From contig JACPHV010000002.1 in NCBI GenBank assembly GCA_016188385.1, positions 101,682 through 165,681 on the forward strand: a stretch of DNA of 64,000 nucleotides. The letters are read 5' to 3'. The stretch's first letter is position 1. The number at the start of each line of letters is the position of its first letter. The stretch is from Candidatus Uhrbacteria bacterium. GTDB lineage: Bacteria; Patescibacteriota; Patescibacteriia; JACQRZ01. Below, piece by piece: positions 37,443-47,777 of this stretch. The notes below the pieces were generated by a model. The model was not told the DNA's origin and made no database searches. It saw only the letters and a list, made by a program, of their open reading frames with translations. A program made the translations under genes and the position numbers.

Positions 37443-38265
37443 AGGAAAGCTTGCTGATTTGTCCAAAAAATTCAACTATCTTTTTATTCTCCGGATTGGC
37501 GGCGCGTAACCTATCAAGTGCCTGCTCCGCGTATAAACGCCGTCCGAGCGCAATATAGGTAGCTGTCAACGAATCTAAAAATCGCGGATTGTTCGCCTCC
37601 ATCTCAACCGCTTTCAAGATCCACGAAAGGGCTTCTTCTGACCGTCCTTGGAGTATACAAACTTCCCATAAATCATACAAGACCTCCGTCTGGATGGACT
37701 CCGGACTGCTTGGAAAGTTCGAATCAGCTGCGTCGATTCGCCGCGCAAGACGCAGTACATGCTTGAGCGTAGCCTCCGCTTCTTTGAATTCCTTTTGTTC
37801 AAGATACACTCGTGAAAGCCCCATATACGGATCAACGCGCCGAGGGTCAAGTTTGATCGCTTCGATAAAATCTTGTTCAGCGTCGTAATAACTTTCTTTT
37901 TCGATAGATTCAAAACCTCGAGAAATGAGATCGTCTGGAATAACTGTTTTCTTGCCGGCAGCGCCGGAATCTTCACTACTCGGATATGATTCCTTTACAG
38001 CTCGCAATTTTGCGTAGGAACGGTGAAAAAATCGATATAGTATAGCAAATAAAGGAATGGCAAACCTTGATAGAATCTCACGCCACTCATGCATACTACG
38101 CAGTAACCGTTCTCGCAATATGCGTTTGCGTACAGATGCCTCACGCTCTTGGGGCAGCGCATCGATATTAATAGATGCGACAATCCGCAGTCTCCTACCA
38201 ACGAGATAGGCGATGGCGGCGATACATATGATGATGATGAAAATCGAAATAACGTTCAATATCAT
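37438..38265 (-). CDS. Membrane-anchored TPR-repeat protein
   Basis: N-terminal TM; TPR-like helices (AEQDFIEAIKLDP..PYMGL, KAVEMEANNPRFLD). Confidence 0.85.
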   Translation of the reverse strand: MILNVISIFIIIICIAAIAYLVGRRLRIVASINIDALPQEREASVRKRILRERLLRSMHEWREILSRFAIPLFAILYRFFHRSYAKLRAVKESYPSSEDSGAAGKKTVIPDDLISRGFESIEKESYYDAEQDFIEAIKLDPRRVDPYMGLSRVYLEQKEFKEAEATLKHVLRLARRIDAADSNFPSSPESIQTEVLYDLWEVCILQGRSEEALSWILKAVEMEANNPRFLDSLTATYIALGRRLYAEQALDRLRAANPENKKIVEFFGQISKLSY

Positions 38266-39065
38266 AGCGAATCCATAACGCCATGGACGATACGTGTAAA
38301 CCCCGACGCGGTAAGGCTCGCGCCGCCTATCAGTGCCCCGTCGCTTATATCCTTGGAAACAAAATCAGTAACGGTAGATTCAGAAACACTCCCTCCATAG
38401 ATAATCCTACACAAGCGTCCCACGGCGGCTGCCCCCCATGCGTTTTCCATGAGTCCTCTAATATAGCGATATACTTCCGCGCAGTCAACCGCCGTCGCGG
38501 GAACGCCTGTACCTATCGCCCAGACAGGCTCATACGCTATGACAATTTCACGGGTTAAGCGGCGCTGGAACAATCCTTTAAGAGCAGATAGGAGCTGCTG
38601 TTGCAGTACCGATTTTCGCTTACCCAATACTTTTTGCGAATGATTTTCACCTATACAAAGCACGGGGATCATTGTTGAATCGTTTGAGACGCACTCAATC
38701 TTTTTCCTAATCGCTTCATTCGATTCGTTGACATATTGTCTGCGCTCTGAATGGCCTATGAGCACGAATGAAACGCCAATCTCTCGGAGCGAACATACAG
38801 ACTCCTCGCCGGTATAGGCGCCTCGTTCTTCCCAGAAACAATCTTGCGCTCCGATGGAAAACGCGCCGGAACGCGACCCCACACGGGCTACCGCGTCAAG
38901 AGCGGTAAAGCTGGGAACAAGTACGACCTGCACATTCGCGCGCGTGCTCTTATTCTTCCTTGCATTCAAAACGGACTTTGCGATCGCGCGTGCCAATGAA
39001 CGCGATTCAGAAACGCAGAGATTCATTTTCCAATTTGCCAATAGCAACGGGGGAAGAGATGACAT
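38262..39065 (-). CDS. tpiA: Triosephosphate isomerase
   Basis: ANWKMN, GHSERR, AYEPVWAIGTG, YGGSV, LIGGASL. Confidence 0.97.
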   Translation of the reverse strand: MSSLPPLLLANWKMNLCVSESRSLARAIAKSVLNARKNKSTRANVQVVLVPSFTALDAVARVGSRSGAFSIGAQDCFWEERGAYTGEESVCSLREIGVSFVLIGHSERRQYVNESNEAIRKKIECVSNDSTMIPVLCIGENHSQKVLGKRKSVLQQQLLSALKGLFQRRLTREIVIAYEPVWAIGTGVPATAVDCAEVYRYIRGLMENAWGAAAVGRLCRIIYGGSVSESTVTDFVSKDISDGALIGGASLTASGFTRIVHGVMDSL

Positions 39066-39084
39066 AAAATGACGTTCCTCTAGA

Positions 39085-39624
39085 TCAATCGTTGGGAGTT
39101 GTTAATCCTGCGATACATTCGGAGGAATGGAGTCGTGAATAATCCGGCAACTCTGAAACCTCTGGTATGCCAAGATGCCGCAAGAACTGAAATGACAACC
39201 GATATGACTTTTCATCGCTGTCTTTGGCCGCATCTTCATCAATCAATCCACGAATTAAAAGATTGCGGAGCGCGAGACTGCAATTTACTCCGCGAATCTT
39301 TTCTATTTCCGATTTTACCACAGGGCTACGATAGGCGATTACAGACAGGGTCTCCAGGGAAGGCCTTGTCAGTTCACCGATTGATTCTTCCTGTACATAT
39401 GCTTTGACCACATCAGATGATGAGGGGTGGGAAGCCAGATAGTATTCCGAGCCATTTCGAATGAGCACGATGCCGCGATCGGATGTACGATAAGAATCGT
39501 ACAGCTCATCAAGCGCATCACGAACATCTTTGAGCTGCCTACCGGAAATAGTTGCGAGCCTTTGCGCTGTCAACGGCTTCTGTGAGACAAAAAGTATGCT
39601 TTCGAGCACTGACGATACATTCAT
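39085..39624 (-). CDS. scpB: SMC-Scp complex subunit ScpB
   Basis: LESILF, LETLSVIAY, IEKIRGVN, FLRHLG..LP. Confidence 0.94.
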   Translation of the reverse strand: MNVSSVLESILFVSQKPLTAQRLATISGRQLKDVRDALDELYDSYRTSDRGIVLIRNGSEYYLASHPSSSDVVKAYVQEESIGELTRPSLETLSVIAYRSPVVKSEIEKIRGVNCSLALRNLLIRGLIDEDAAKDSDEKSYRLSFQFLRHLGIPEVSELPDYSRLHSSECIAGLTTPND

Positions 39625-39758
39625 ATAAACATCATGAGCTATATAAAAACACCTGATGCAGGTGCAACAGACTCATACTAGCAAATTGTTCATCAAAAGA
39701 AAAGAGCGGTTCCACTGCTCGCGGTGGATCCGCCCGTACCTCACGCATGCGCTAAATG

Positions 39759-40928
39759 TTAGTTCATTTTCTTACGAATAAAGGCAGGGACATCGATCTC
39801 ATCTTCTTCTTGCACTTCTGTATCATCTTCATGTCTCCGAGGAGGGTTCGAGAGGTCTTTGGCGGATTTTAATCCGGCTGTCCTGGTAACAGGCTGGCCG
39901 AAAATTGATGAACTTGAAGGAAACGGCACGCGATCGCCGAATGACTTTTCAAATGGAGCTTTTGATACCACCTTCTCCCGCTCGCTGAACCCTGTTGCAA
40001 TCACCGTGATTCTGATCTCATCACCGATATTTTCGTCGATGACTGCCCCAAAAATTACCTTCGCGTCGGGATCGGTCGCGGATGTGATAATCTTTGCCGC
40101 CTCGTTAATCTCAAGCATCGCAAGATCAGGACCTCCCGTAATCGTAAATAGTACGCCCTTCGCTCCTTCGATTGACAGCTCTAGCAACGGGCTGGAGATT
40201 GCGAGCTTCGCCGCCTCCACTGCTCTATTGTCTCCGCTTGCGACTCCGATGCCCATCAACGCCGAGCCAGCGCCCTTCATGATCGCCTTCACATCTGCAA
40301 AATCAACATTCACGAGACCCGGTACAGTAATTAGTTCGGAAATGCCTCTCACGCCTTGCTGTAATACTTCATCTACGATTTCAAAAGCTTCCATGATTGA
40401 AGTTTTTTTATCTACAATTTGCAGCACCTTATCATTCGGTATTGTGATGATTGCATCAACCTTTGATGCAAGCTCATCCCAACCCTTTTCCGATATCATT
40501 CTGCGGGACGAACCCTCGAAGGAAAAAGGCTTGGTGACGACGGCGATTGTGAGCGCACCAACATCTCTTGCCAAATCGGCAACCACCGGAGCCGCGCCGG
40601 TACCTGTTCCGCCGCCGAGTCCGCATGTAATAAATACCATATCGCTATCAGCTAACGAATCCCGAATTTCATTTTGATTCTCTTCAGCGGATTTTTGCCC
40701 CATTTGCGGATCCATTCCCGCTCCAAGCCCTTTTGTTACGCTTTTTCCGATTTGAATCTTTGTTGCCGCCTGTGAATGGTGTAAAGCCTGAACGTCGGTA
40801 TTAGCGGCCAAAAATTCAACGCCGCGAATCTTCGCTGTAACCATGCGGTTCACCGCTGAACCGCCGCTCCCGCCGACGCCGACTACTTTGATCTTTGCGA
40901 ATGTTTCAATTGACGGTTTCACTTCCAT
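39759..40928 (-). CDS. ftsZ: Cell division protein FtsZ
   Basis: GGGTGTG tubulin motif, NVDFAD, C-terminal DVPAFIRKK. Confidence 0.99.
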   Translation of the reverse strand: MEVKPSIETFAKIKVVGVGGSGGSAVNRMVTAKIRGVEFLAANTDVQALHHSQAATKIQIGKSVTKGLGAGMDPQMGQKSAEENQNEIRDSLADSDMVFITCGLGGGTGTGAAPVVADLARDVGALTIAVVTKPFSFEGSSRRMISEKGWDELASKVDAIITIPNDKVLQIVDKKTSIMEAFEIVDEVLQQGVRGISELITVPGLVNVDFADVKAIMKGAGSALMGIGVASGDNRAVEAAKLAISSPLLELSIEGAKGVLFTITGGPDLAMLEINEAAKIITSATDPDAKVIFGAVIDENIGDEIRITVIATGFSEREKVVSKAPFEKSFGDRVPFPSSSSIFGQPVTRTAGLKSAKDLSNPPRRHEDDTEVQEEDEIDVPAFIRKKMN

Positions 40929-41020
40929 ATTCGTTTTACGTTAGACATTAAGTTGCTGATAACAAAACGCGATGAATCATCTCATGACTCATCGCGGTCA
41001 ATGATATCACCGTCGCCTGC

Positions 41021-42271
41021 CTAAGGCAAGAGGGACTTGAATAATTTTTTTACTCGGCTTCTGATATCAAAGCTATGCTCCAAGGAAATGAATGAGCGAT
41101 TGCCGCGATTGCGTTGCTGGTGCATGAATAATCCCCAATGCGCGATGCTCATTGCCGTCACAAAAGTCTGATCATGCACGCGATCAATGACATTAACGAC
41201 ATTTTTGAGCATCGCGTAAGCAACAGGCAATTTGAGACGCTTCTTCGCAATTTCCACGATACCGCCTAGTTTTGACCCGCCACCGGTAAGTATAGCGCCG
41301 CCGGGCAATATGCCGCTGCGGCCAATTTTTTTTAACTCGTGCTCAATCTTATCGAATATTTCTTCAACTCTCGCTTCGATGATCTGATGCACATACTTAG
41401 CCGAGACACTGCCTTGCTCCATCGCATCGAATTCCGACAAATGAATTTCACCCTTTTTGGGAGTTTCTCGGACGATAAGATCTCCGTATTCCAATTTTAT
41501 TTTTTCTGCGAGCTCAATCGAGATCCTTAGTCCGATCGCGATGTCGGATGTGATGTGATCTGATCCCATTGGAATGACGGCCGTATGCAATACCTCTCCC
41601 TCTTCATAGACGATCAAACTCGTTGTTGAAGCGCCTATATTGATTAAAACAACGCCGAGTTCTTTTTGCTTATTCGTCAACACAGCCTCGGCAGTGGCAA
41701 GAATTGAAAAAACAAGATCTTCTATTTCAAGATTTGTCCGATAGATGCATTTGGTAAAATTGCGGATTTCCGCCGCAAAACCTTGTATGACAAGCGCATC
41801 CACTTCAAGACGGCTCCCTGTCATTCCTATCGGATCCTTCGTCGAAATCTGTCCGTCAATAATAGAGCTTCTCGGGATTACATGCAAAATCTCATGATTT
41901 GGAGGGGTTGCGATCGTCCGTGCCGAATCCAAAGCGCGATCCACGTCTGATTTTGAAATCTCACCGTTTATTTTGCCAACAGCAATAATCCCACGGCATG
42001 TCTGGGACACAATATGCACTCCGGAAATTCCGACCAATGCGGATTCAATGGGAATCCCGCTCATCCGTTCCGCTTTCTCAATACAAGCGCTGATTGACGC
42101 TGAAGCATCATCAATACTGGTAATGGATCCCCGATTGACACCCTCTGAAGGATGTTCGGCAGCACCGAGGACTTGCAATTTATACTCAGTCCCCTCTTGA
42201 AAAATCTGGCTTACAACGGCACGGATTGCGCTGGACCCAACATCAAGTGCGGTAATAGTGATATCTTTCAT
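41021..42271 (-). CDS. ftsA: Cell division protein FtsA
   Basis: LDVGSS, PIGMTGSRLE, HITSDIA, AEKIKLEYG, LTGGGSKL. Confidence 0.96.
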   Translation of the reverse strand: MKDITITALDVGSSAIRAVVSQIFQEGTEYKLQVLGAAEHPSEGVNRGSITSIDDASASISACIEKAERMSGIPIESALVGISGVHIVSQTCRGIIAVGKINGEISKSDVDRALDSARTIATPPNHEILHVIPRSSIIDGQISTKDPIGMTGSRLEVDALVIQGFAAEIRNFTKCIYRTNLEIEDLVFSILATAEAVLTNKQKELGVVLINIGASTTSLIVYEEGEVLHTAVIPMGSDHITSDIAIGLRISIELAEKIKLEYGDLIVRETPKKGEIHLSEFDAMEQGSVSAKYVHQIIEARVEEIFDKIEHELKKIGRSGILPGGAILTGGGSKLGGIVEIAKKRLKLPVAYAMLKNVVNVIDRVHDQTFVTAMSIAHWGLFMHQQRNRGNRSFISLEHSFDIRSRVKKLFKSLLP

Positions 42272-42310
42272 ATATCGCGAATATCCATGATATCAACAGT
42301 ATACTAAATA

Positions 42311-42682
42311 TCAGTTAAAAGCGAAAGGGATAACGCGGGGTATAAAAAGCATGAGTCCGATAAGAAGCGCGCACAGGGCTAATACGAGCACTGCCGCACT
42401 TGAAAGATCTTTCATGTATCGCACGACCGGGGAAACGCGAGGTTTCATGGCATCAATGACGCGTTCGAGTACGCTATTAAATATTTCCGCCGTAAGAACA
42501 GCGCCGATTGTTAACAGTACTATCGCCCACTCAACCGAGCTGATGCGTAATACGAGAGCGGCAAGAACGATACTAGCAGCGATACCCGTCTGGATTCGAA
42601 AATTCTGTTCCTCTGAAAAAGCTATGCATAATCCGCGTTTTGCAGATTGTATGCTGCGAAAAAGTCGGTTGAAAGCATTCAT
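42311..42682 (-). CDS. dgkA: Diacylglycerol/undecaprenol kinase (DgkA family)
   Basis: EQNFRI, EIFNSVLERVID, KDLSSAAV. Confidence 0.9.
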   Translation of the reverse strand: MNAFNRLFRSIQSAKRGLCIAFSEEQNFRIQTGIAASIVLAALVLRISSVEWAIVLLTIGAVLTAEIFNSVLERVIDAMKPRVSPVVRYMKDLSSAAVLVLALCALLIGLMLFIPRVIPFAFN

Positions 42683-43146
42683 ACGGCCCTCTTTCCACTT
42701 TTTCCTAATAAAGCCAGAATCTTTGACGAAAGCTGATTCATGCGCCGTCGGTCAGGTGATGTAATATGGTCATATCCTTGTATATGTAAGATGCCATGAA
42801 CGATAACGCGTTCATACTCGGAGCCACGCGCTGATCCGTAGCGAACAGATTGCCTGATAATCTGTTCCGGACAGAGGTAGAGCTCTCCGTACGCCGTTTC
42901 ACCAGGCATATCGGCTGGATACAAAAACGAAAGCACATCGGTGATCCGGTCCTGGCCACGATATGTCTTGTTGATCGCACGCATTTTTTTACCATCAACA
43001 AATATGACCGTAATATCGGTTGTATTCCAGATTGAACATACACCTCTCGCCGCTTTAACAGCGATTCTGTACCATTCAATACTCTGAAACGTGCGAGGGA
43101 TCAGCTGTGTGCATGAAAACCCGCACGCAACTCGGACGGCTATCAT
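42679..43146 (-). CDS. ybeY: rRNA maturation RNase YbeY
   Basis: NKTYR..D..TDVLSF, VHGILHIQGYDH. Confidence 0.93.
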   Translation of the reverse strand: MIAVRVACGFSCTQLIPRTFQSIEWYRIAVKAARGVCSIWNTTDITVIFVDGKKMRAINKTYRGQDRITDVLSFLYPADMPGETAYGELYLCPEQIIRQSVRYGSARGSEYERVIVHGILHIQGYDHITSPDRRRMNQLSSKILALLGKSGKRAV

Positions 43147-44231
43147 CGAACAAAAGAAAGGTCAGTAAACACAAAACTGCGAAGCATCATGCGGAATGTG
43201 GTCTGAAACTGCGGCTGCGCGCTTGTATTTTGATTATAAAGGAAAGAATAGACATAGGGCGCAATCACCCCTCCTGTTTCATCGGTTTTAACAAAATACG
43301 CGGCTAGCCCGTCCGGCGCCATGACTCCTGACCAATTATTAAATGAGAGAGATTGAAGCTGCGAAGTGTCAGCACTCGGATCAACCAGTGCTATGTACCA
43401 GTCAATAGCCCCCAGAGTTTGTGGGTTGTCCTGTACTTTAACGGAAATAAATTCACCGAGAGCGGAACTGATTACTACCTCACGATCAGAATCGTTTACC
43501 GCGCGGGCAGACCATGACGATGGGTAATAAAGCGAGTATGAAAATGTTGGATTTGTATAAGGAGTGACTCTTCCAGAAATCTCCAAACGAGCGCCGTCCG
43601 GACGGATTGGATCAAACAAGTGCTCAACCTCCTCACCATCAGTAAATCCATCACCGTCAGTGTCTTGAATCTGACTATTCGTGTTATACAGCCTCTCCTC
43701 GGTGTCTGTCAGTCCGTCTTGATCGCTATCCACGGCAACAATCGTTGGCAACTGCGGCTGTGTCGCTTCTTCTTGGATTGTCTCTTCCGAAAGAGGCTCG
43801 CTACCGCTGGGCGTCTCTGTTCCGGGTTCAAGCGCCACAGGCGTTTCCGTTTCAGGCAAAGGCGCTGAAGGTTCATCGGAAGGGACCTGTTCCTCCTCTG
43901 TCGGCTGCTGCGAATCCTCTTCTGATAATGGCTTTTCTTGCTGCTCCTCGACTGCTACTGATTGTTCCTCCTCCACCGAGATACTGGATTGCGGCGCATC
44001 ATTTTGAACATAAAACACAAAAAACAATATCCCTCCCGTAACCGCCAAAAGTAGGAATATCACCGCAATGATTAAAATCGGTTTTGCATTTGATTTGGTC
44101 GCACCGCGACGAAATTTCTCCGGCATCGCATATACCACAGCGTCAATCGACGGCGGTGTTTTTCCTGATGCGCGCGAGGATTCTTCTTTTGTGGATAATT
44201 CTTCTTCTAATAAATCAAACATACGAATCAA
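43143..44231 (-). CDS. Single-pass membrane protein: acidic linker, TSP3-type repeats, C-terminal PsbP-like domain
   Basis: TM, E/P-rich stalk, DSDQDGLTDTEE/DTDGDGFTDGEE, YTNPTFSYSLYYPSSW. Confidence 0.75.
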   Translation of the reverse strand: MIRMFDLLEEELSTKEESSRASGKTPPSIDAVVYAMPEKFRRGATKSNAKPILIIAVIFLLLAVTGGILFFVFYVQNDAPQSSISVEEEQSVAVEEQQEKPLSEEDSQQPTEEEQVPSDEPSAPLPETETPVALEPGTETPSGSEPLSEETIQEEATQPQLPTIVAVDSDQDGLTDTEERLYNTNSQIQDTDGDGFTDGEEVEHLFDPIRPDGARLEISGRVTPYTNPTFSYSLYYPSSWSARAVNDSDREVVISSALGEFISVKVQDNPQTLGAIDWYIALVDPSADTSQLQSLSFNNWSGVMAPDGLAAYFVKTDETGGVIAPYVYSFLYNQNTSAQPQFQTTFRMMLRSFVFTDLSFVR

Positions 44232-44311
44232 TCATACCTGCCATGAATGTATGGCTCGCGTCTTAAACACTTTCATCGGGAGAAATACAAATGGACTTTT
44301 GCAGAAGTACT

Positions 44312-45088
44312 TTATTGTATGGGCAACACGCTTGGGAGTTTGCCGGCGCCATTCGGATCATATCCGTTTTTAATCTCTTCTCCATCCAAAAAACCATCCT
44401 TATCGCTGTCGGCATTGAGCGGATCGGTCCCATACACCATGAGTTCCTCTCGGTCGCTAAGCCCGTCACCATCAGTATCAAACAAGTTCGGGTTGGTCCC
44501 ATACTGGGCCTCTTGCTCATCGGGAAGACCGTCACCGTCTGTGTCAATAATAACAGGCGCGCTTTCATCTCCTTGGATGATCGTATCTGCTTGTCCTATG
44601 ATCGTATCTGCTTGTCCTGTCGGAGGCGATCCCTCGCTTACCGGAGGTTCCTCTTCCACTATCTGATTCTCGCCTATGGGTTGCCCCGCCTGATCTTCAA
44701 CAGGCTGATCTTCAAGCGTTGGTATCCCATTATCGGATACAGGTATTGAAAAAAGATCAACGGTAGGCTGTTCCGCTTGCTTGGGCTTGAATAAAAAAAT
44801 CAAACCGACTCCACCGCCGATGACCAGGACTAGAGCGACTATTGCGATCAATGCGAGGATCATATGCCGCTTGCCGGAACCAGATCCGGAGTCTTCATAT
44901 TCTTCCGTGGATTCTTCTCGTTCAGTTCCAAGTGTGGTGCTCTCCTCGATTTGTTCATCCTGCCCTTGATCGGCTGCTACTCCAGGCGGGGAGTTAGTTC
45001 CGCTTTCTTGCGAAAACATATCAACAGGCTCGCCATTTTTTTGTTCTTCTGGCGGTAGTGCCTCTTCCGGTTTTTTTTCATCAAACAT
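44312..45088 (-). CDS. Single-pass membrane protein with three TSP3-type Ca-binding repeats
   Basis: Acidic N-tail, TM, DTDGDGLPDEQE/DTDGDGLSDREE/DSDKDGFLDGEE. Confidence 0.8.
   Translation of the reverse strand: MFDEKKPEEALPPEEQKNGEPVDMFSQESGTNSPPGVAADQGQDEQIEESTTLGTEREESTEEYEDSGSGSGKRHMILALIAIVALVLVIGGGVGLIFLFKPKQAEQPTVDLFSIPVSDNGIPTLEDQPVEDQAGQPIGENQIVEEEPPVSEGSPPTGQADTIIGQADTIIQGDESAPVIIDTDGDGLPDEQEAQYGTNPNLFDTDGDGLSDREELMVYGTDPLNADSDKDGFLDGEEIKNGYDPNGAGKLPSVLPIQ
44577..44618. repeat. Perfect 21-bp tandem duplication (GQADTII x2)
   Basis: ATGATCGTATCTGCTTGTCCT twice, in frame. Confidence 0.9.
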
Positions 45089-45179
45089 ATAAATTCAAAC
45101 TATGAGTGAGAATACGCACCCTTATATATAGTATAGCATAGATATCATAATTTGTCTTGTGAGTATCGCCGGCACACTC

Positions 45180-47777
45180 TTATTTGCTGTAATCTGAATT
45201 TGTATCCGTGCCTGTAAAAGGGTCATCTGCTCCTGACTGCAAAGTACACTGCCGTCGAAGTTTTGATTGAGATAACAAAGGATATTCGTATACTCCGCAG
45301 AGTTCGTACTTATCCAATGAAGTATTTGAAGCAGGCGTATGGAGATACGTATAGGCGGAAAGTTTTTTTGACGCCAACACATTTTTTACATTATCCCCTC
45401 GATCCACGATCGGAGGAGTCGTCGTGCTTTGCGACGGATCAAGCGGCATGGAAGCGCGCAATGCTTTGCCAAGCTCTTGCGCCCACGAAGGCCAGCCGGA
45501 AATGGTCTGTCCCAATGTATAACTCCCCGCGGAAAGAGCCGGATAACAGGTTGGATTACATTTGCCGCGCACTCGATATTGTTCAAGTTGATCATGGATA
45601 AAGCTGATATGCGCTGATCGCTGCGTATCACGGCGCAACGCCGCGCTCGCGTCAGCATCATCTTGCGGTGTTGCCAGACGAATGGTACGCATCAACTCCG
45701 TAAAGACCGCGCGCGACGGTCCGGCAGGATTCGCGCTGGTGGTAAAATTCAAAATCCGATAGGAAGTAATTGATGAGTTAGTATCCAGGACAGGCACGCT
45801 TATATAGTATCCTGTCCCGTCTTGGACCGCTGGGAATCCATTCACTATGGTATTCGAAGGGCGTTGGTTAGGATTGAGCTCATTACGCGCATACCATACG
45901 TCAGGAGAGAACTTGTTCGGATTGCGATAAGCGCGCATAACAATTAAATCAGTTGAGTTGGTAAACCGATAAAAATACTCTTCGAGCGGAGTGGAGCTTC
46001 CTGCCGAGAATCGATCCTTGACTTCGGTCGGATCACTCATTAATGCGGGCAGTGTTAATCCCTTCTTTGCGACACAGTAGGAAAGCCGATATTGATATTT
46101 ACCGGACGGATCGGCTGCCGTACCCGGCGTCTCCCAGAATTGATAACAATCTTTAATAGTGCATTGGTCCGCGTGCCCTGACGCATAACATTGATCGGCT
46201 GTCCACGCCGAAGATGTGGGATCGCATTGCTCCCCGCTATCTACCTGTCCATTGCCGCATGTTTCATCCGGTGTTACGACAGGCGTTGAACCCGTTGGTT
46301 TGATTACATCATTCACGAGAATAATCTGTGCCTGCTGGACAGTGCCGGCAAGAGGCAAAACAAATACGGTAAGTATCGCGCTACCGGGTTGATTTGTATT
46401 TTCTACGATCAAATCTGTTTCCTTGCCTGCGGAACCGATTTTTTGCACTTCACGAAAAGCCGGGCTCTCGCTCAACTCCCATCGGACTTGTCTGATCTTA
46501 TCCGTCCCAATCAAAGAATTGTTTTGCGCGTGCACGCGGAGCGAATACCGATGCTGGTTGCCCGTACGGCTTCCTGATCCCTTGTCGCTATCGTCTTCAC
46601 AGTCATCTGCGGTGCAGGAAAATCTGTCGATATCTATCGGTCGACCGTTGCTGTCTATGATTACGTGTTCAAAGATATTAGGGCTGCCTTGTTTGTCCGG
46701 TCTGCCGACGCATTGTACCGGGTTTGAGCCGGTTATGGTACATGATTGGTATGGGTGTTTATTTCCAATCGAGAGCGAAGCGGATCCCGCTACGCCATCT
46801 ACCCACGCGGTAACGGTTCCTGTGCCCGTGGACGTTGCCGTATCGCCAAGCAGCGTTCGGATGTGAATTCGTTTTGCTCCTGATTCGTCTGACAGTCGGT
46901 ATCTATCCGGCTTGTCGACCTTCCAGCGCACAAGAGAATCCGAAATCGCAACAACATTCCCTTGCAAATCCTTTACTTCCAACTCAAGCGCGTGTTGATT
47001 GTTTTGATCATTACCCGAAGTAAAGGAATCGTCGCGGCACGCATTGCCGATACAGCCAAACATGTCACGAGGCAAGAATTGGCCGTTTGACCGTATCCGC
47101 ATCGAACGAACCTGGAGTATTGACAAGAGATTTTCTACTTTTATCTCCGCGCTGAACGTCTCGGATCCTTCGCCATCAAGATTAGCGGTTGTAACGATTG
47201 CTTTAAGTGTTACGGGCTGCGTGGTATTTACTCCGCTATTTGTCAAATACACTTCCGTAGAACTTGCGCCGAGATTTGTCGAATTATCAGAAGCGCGAGT
47301 GATGATAATCGGTGAATTTGCGGGCGAAAGACTCCACTCAATCTTCTCAATAGGGTGCACTCCCGCGATATCATCCAGAGAAATAAAGCTGTTATCCTTA
47401 TCATGCAGCCGGAGTGAATATATTCTTTGGTTGCCGATAAAACGCGAGCTTTGGTCATTGGCGCAAGTATTGCCAAAACAGCTGAACCTGTCCGTAGTCA
47501 CCGGCTTTCCATTCGCGTCGATCGCCGCTCTTCGCGTTGAGTCCGTAGATACAGCCGCATGCGGCCCTCCTGTACAAGACGAACGGCCGCCGGTCAAGCA
47601 GGTGGCTCGCGGATGCTTGTTGGATACGGTCATTTCTAGCGTTGTCGTACCAGTCGCGTTAGCAACCGAAAGTTTTAGCAGTCCTTCTCCTTCGGAATCG
47701 GCATTCGTAAGCTCAACGCTACGGCCGATCCCGGACAAACGCATGGCATCCGCACTCGCCGTAAGTTCCCAGGAAAT
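45180..47777 (-). CDS. C-terminal part of the giant surface protein (frameshifted continuation) ending in a pilin/GspG-like domain
   Basis: The frame reads ISWELTASADAMRLSG... from the deletion junction and continues the same repeated domains; C-terminal RRDTQRSAHISFIHDQLEQY..YP..MPLDP. Confidence 0.75.
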   Translation of the reverse strand: MSWELTASADAMRLSGIGRSVELTNADSEGEGLLKLSVANATGTTTLEMTVSNKHPRATCLTGGRSSCTGGPHAAVSTDSTRRAAIDANGKPVTTDRFSCFGNTCANDQSSRFIGNQRIYSLRLHDKDNSFISLDDIAGVHPIEKIEWSLSPANSPIIITRASDNSTNLGASSTEVYLTNSGVNTTQPVTLKAIVTTANLDGEGSETFSAEIKVENLLSILQVRSMRIRSNGQFLPRDMFGCIGNACRDDSFTSGNDQNNQHALELEVKDLQGNVVAISDSLVRWKVDKPDRYRLSDESGAKRIHIRTLLGDTATSTGTGTVTAWVDGVAGSASLSIGNKHPYQSCTITGSNPVQCVGRPDKQGSPNIFEHVIIDSNGRPIDIDRFSCTADDCEDDSDKGSGSRTGNQHRYSLRVHAQNNSLIGTDKIRQVRWELSESPAFREVQKIGSAGKETDLIVENTNQPGSAILTVFVLPLAGTVQQAQIILVNDVIKPTGSTPVVTPDETCGNGQVDSGEQCDPTSSAWTADQCYASGHADQCTIKDCYQFWETPGTAADPSGKYQYRLSYCVAKKGLTLPALMSDPTEVKDRFSAGSSTPLEEYFYRFTNSTDLIVMRAYRNPNKFSPDVWYARNELNPNQRPSNTIVNGFPAVQDGTGYYISVPVLDTNSSITSYRILNFTTSANPAGPSRAVFTELMRTIRLATPQDDADASAALRRDTQRSAHISFIHDQLEQYRVRGKCNPTCYPALSAGSYTLGQTISGWPSWAQELGKALRASMPLDPSQSTTTPPIVDRGDNVKNVLASKKLSAYTYLHTPASNTSLDKYELCGVYEYPLLSQSKLRRQCTLQSGADDPFTGTDTNSDYSK

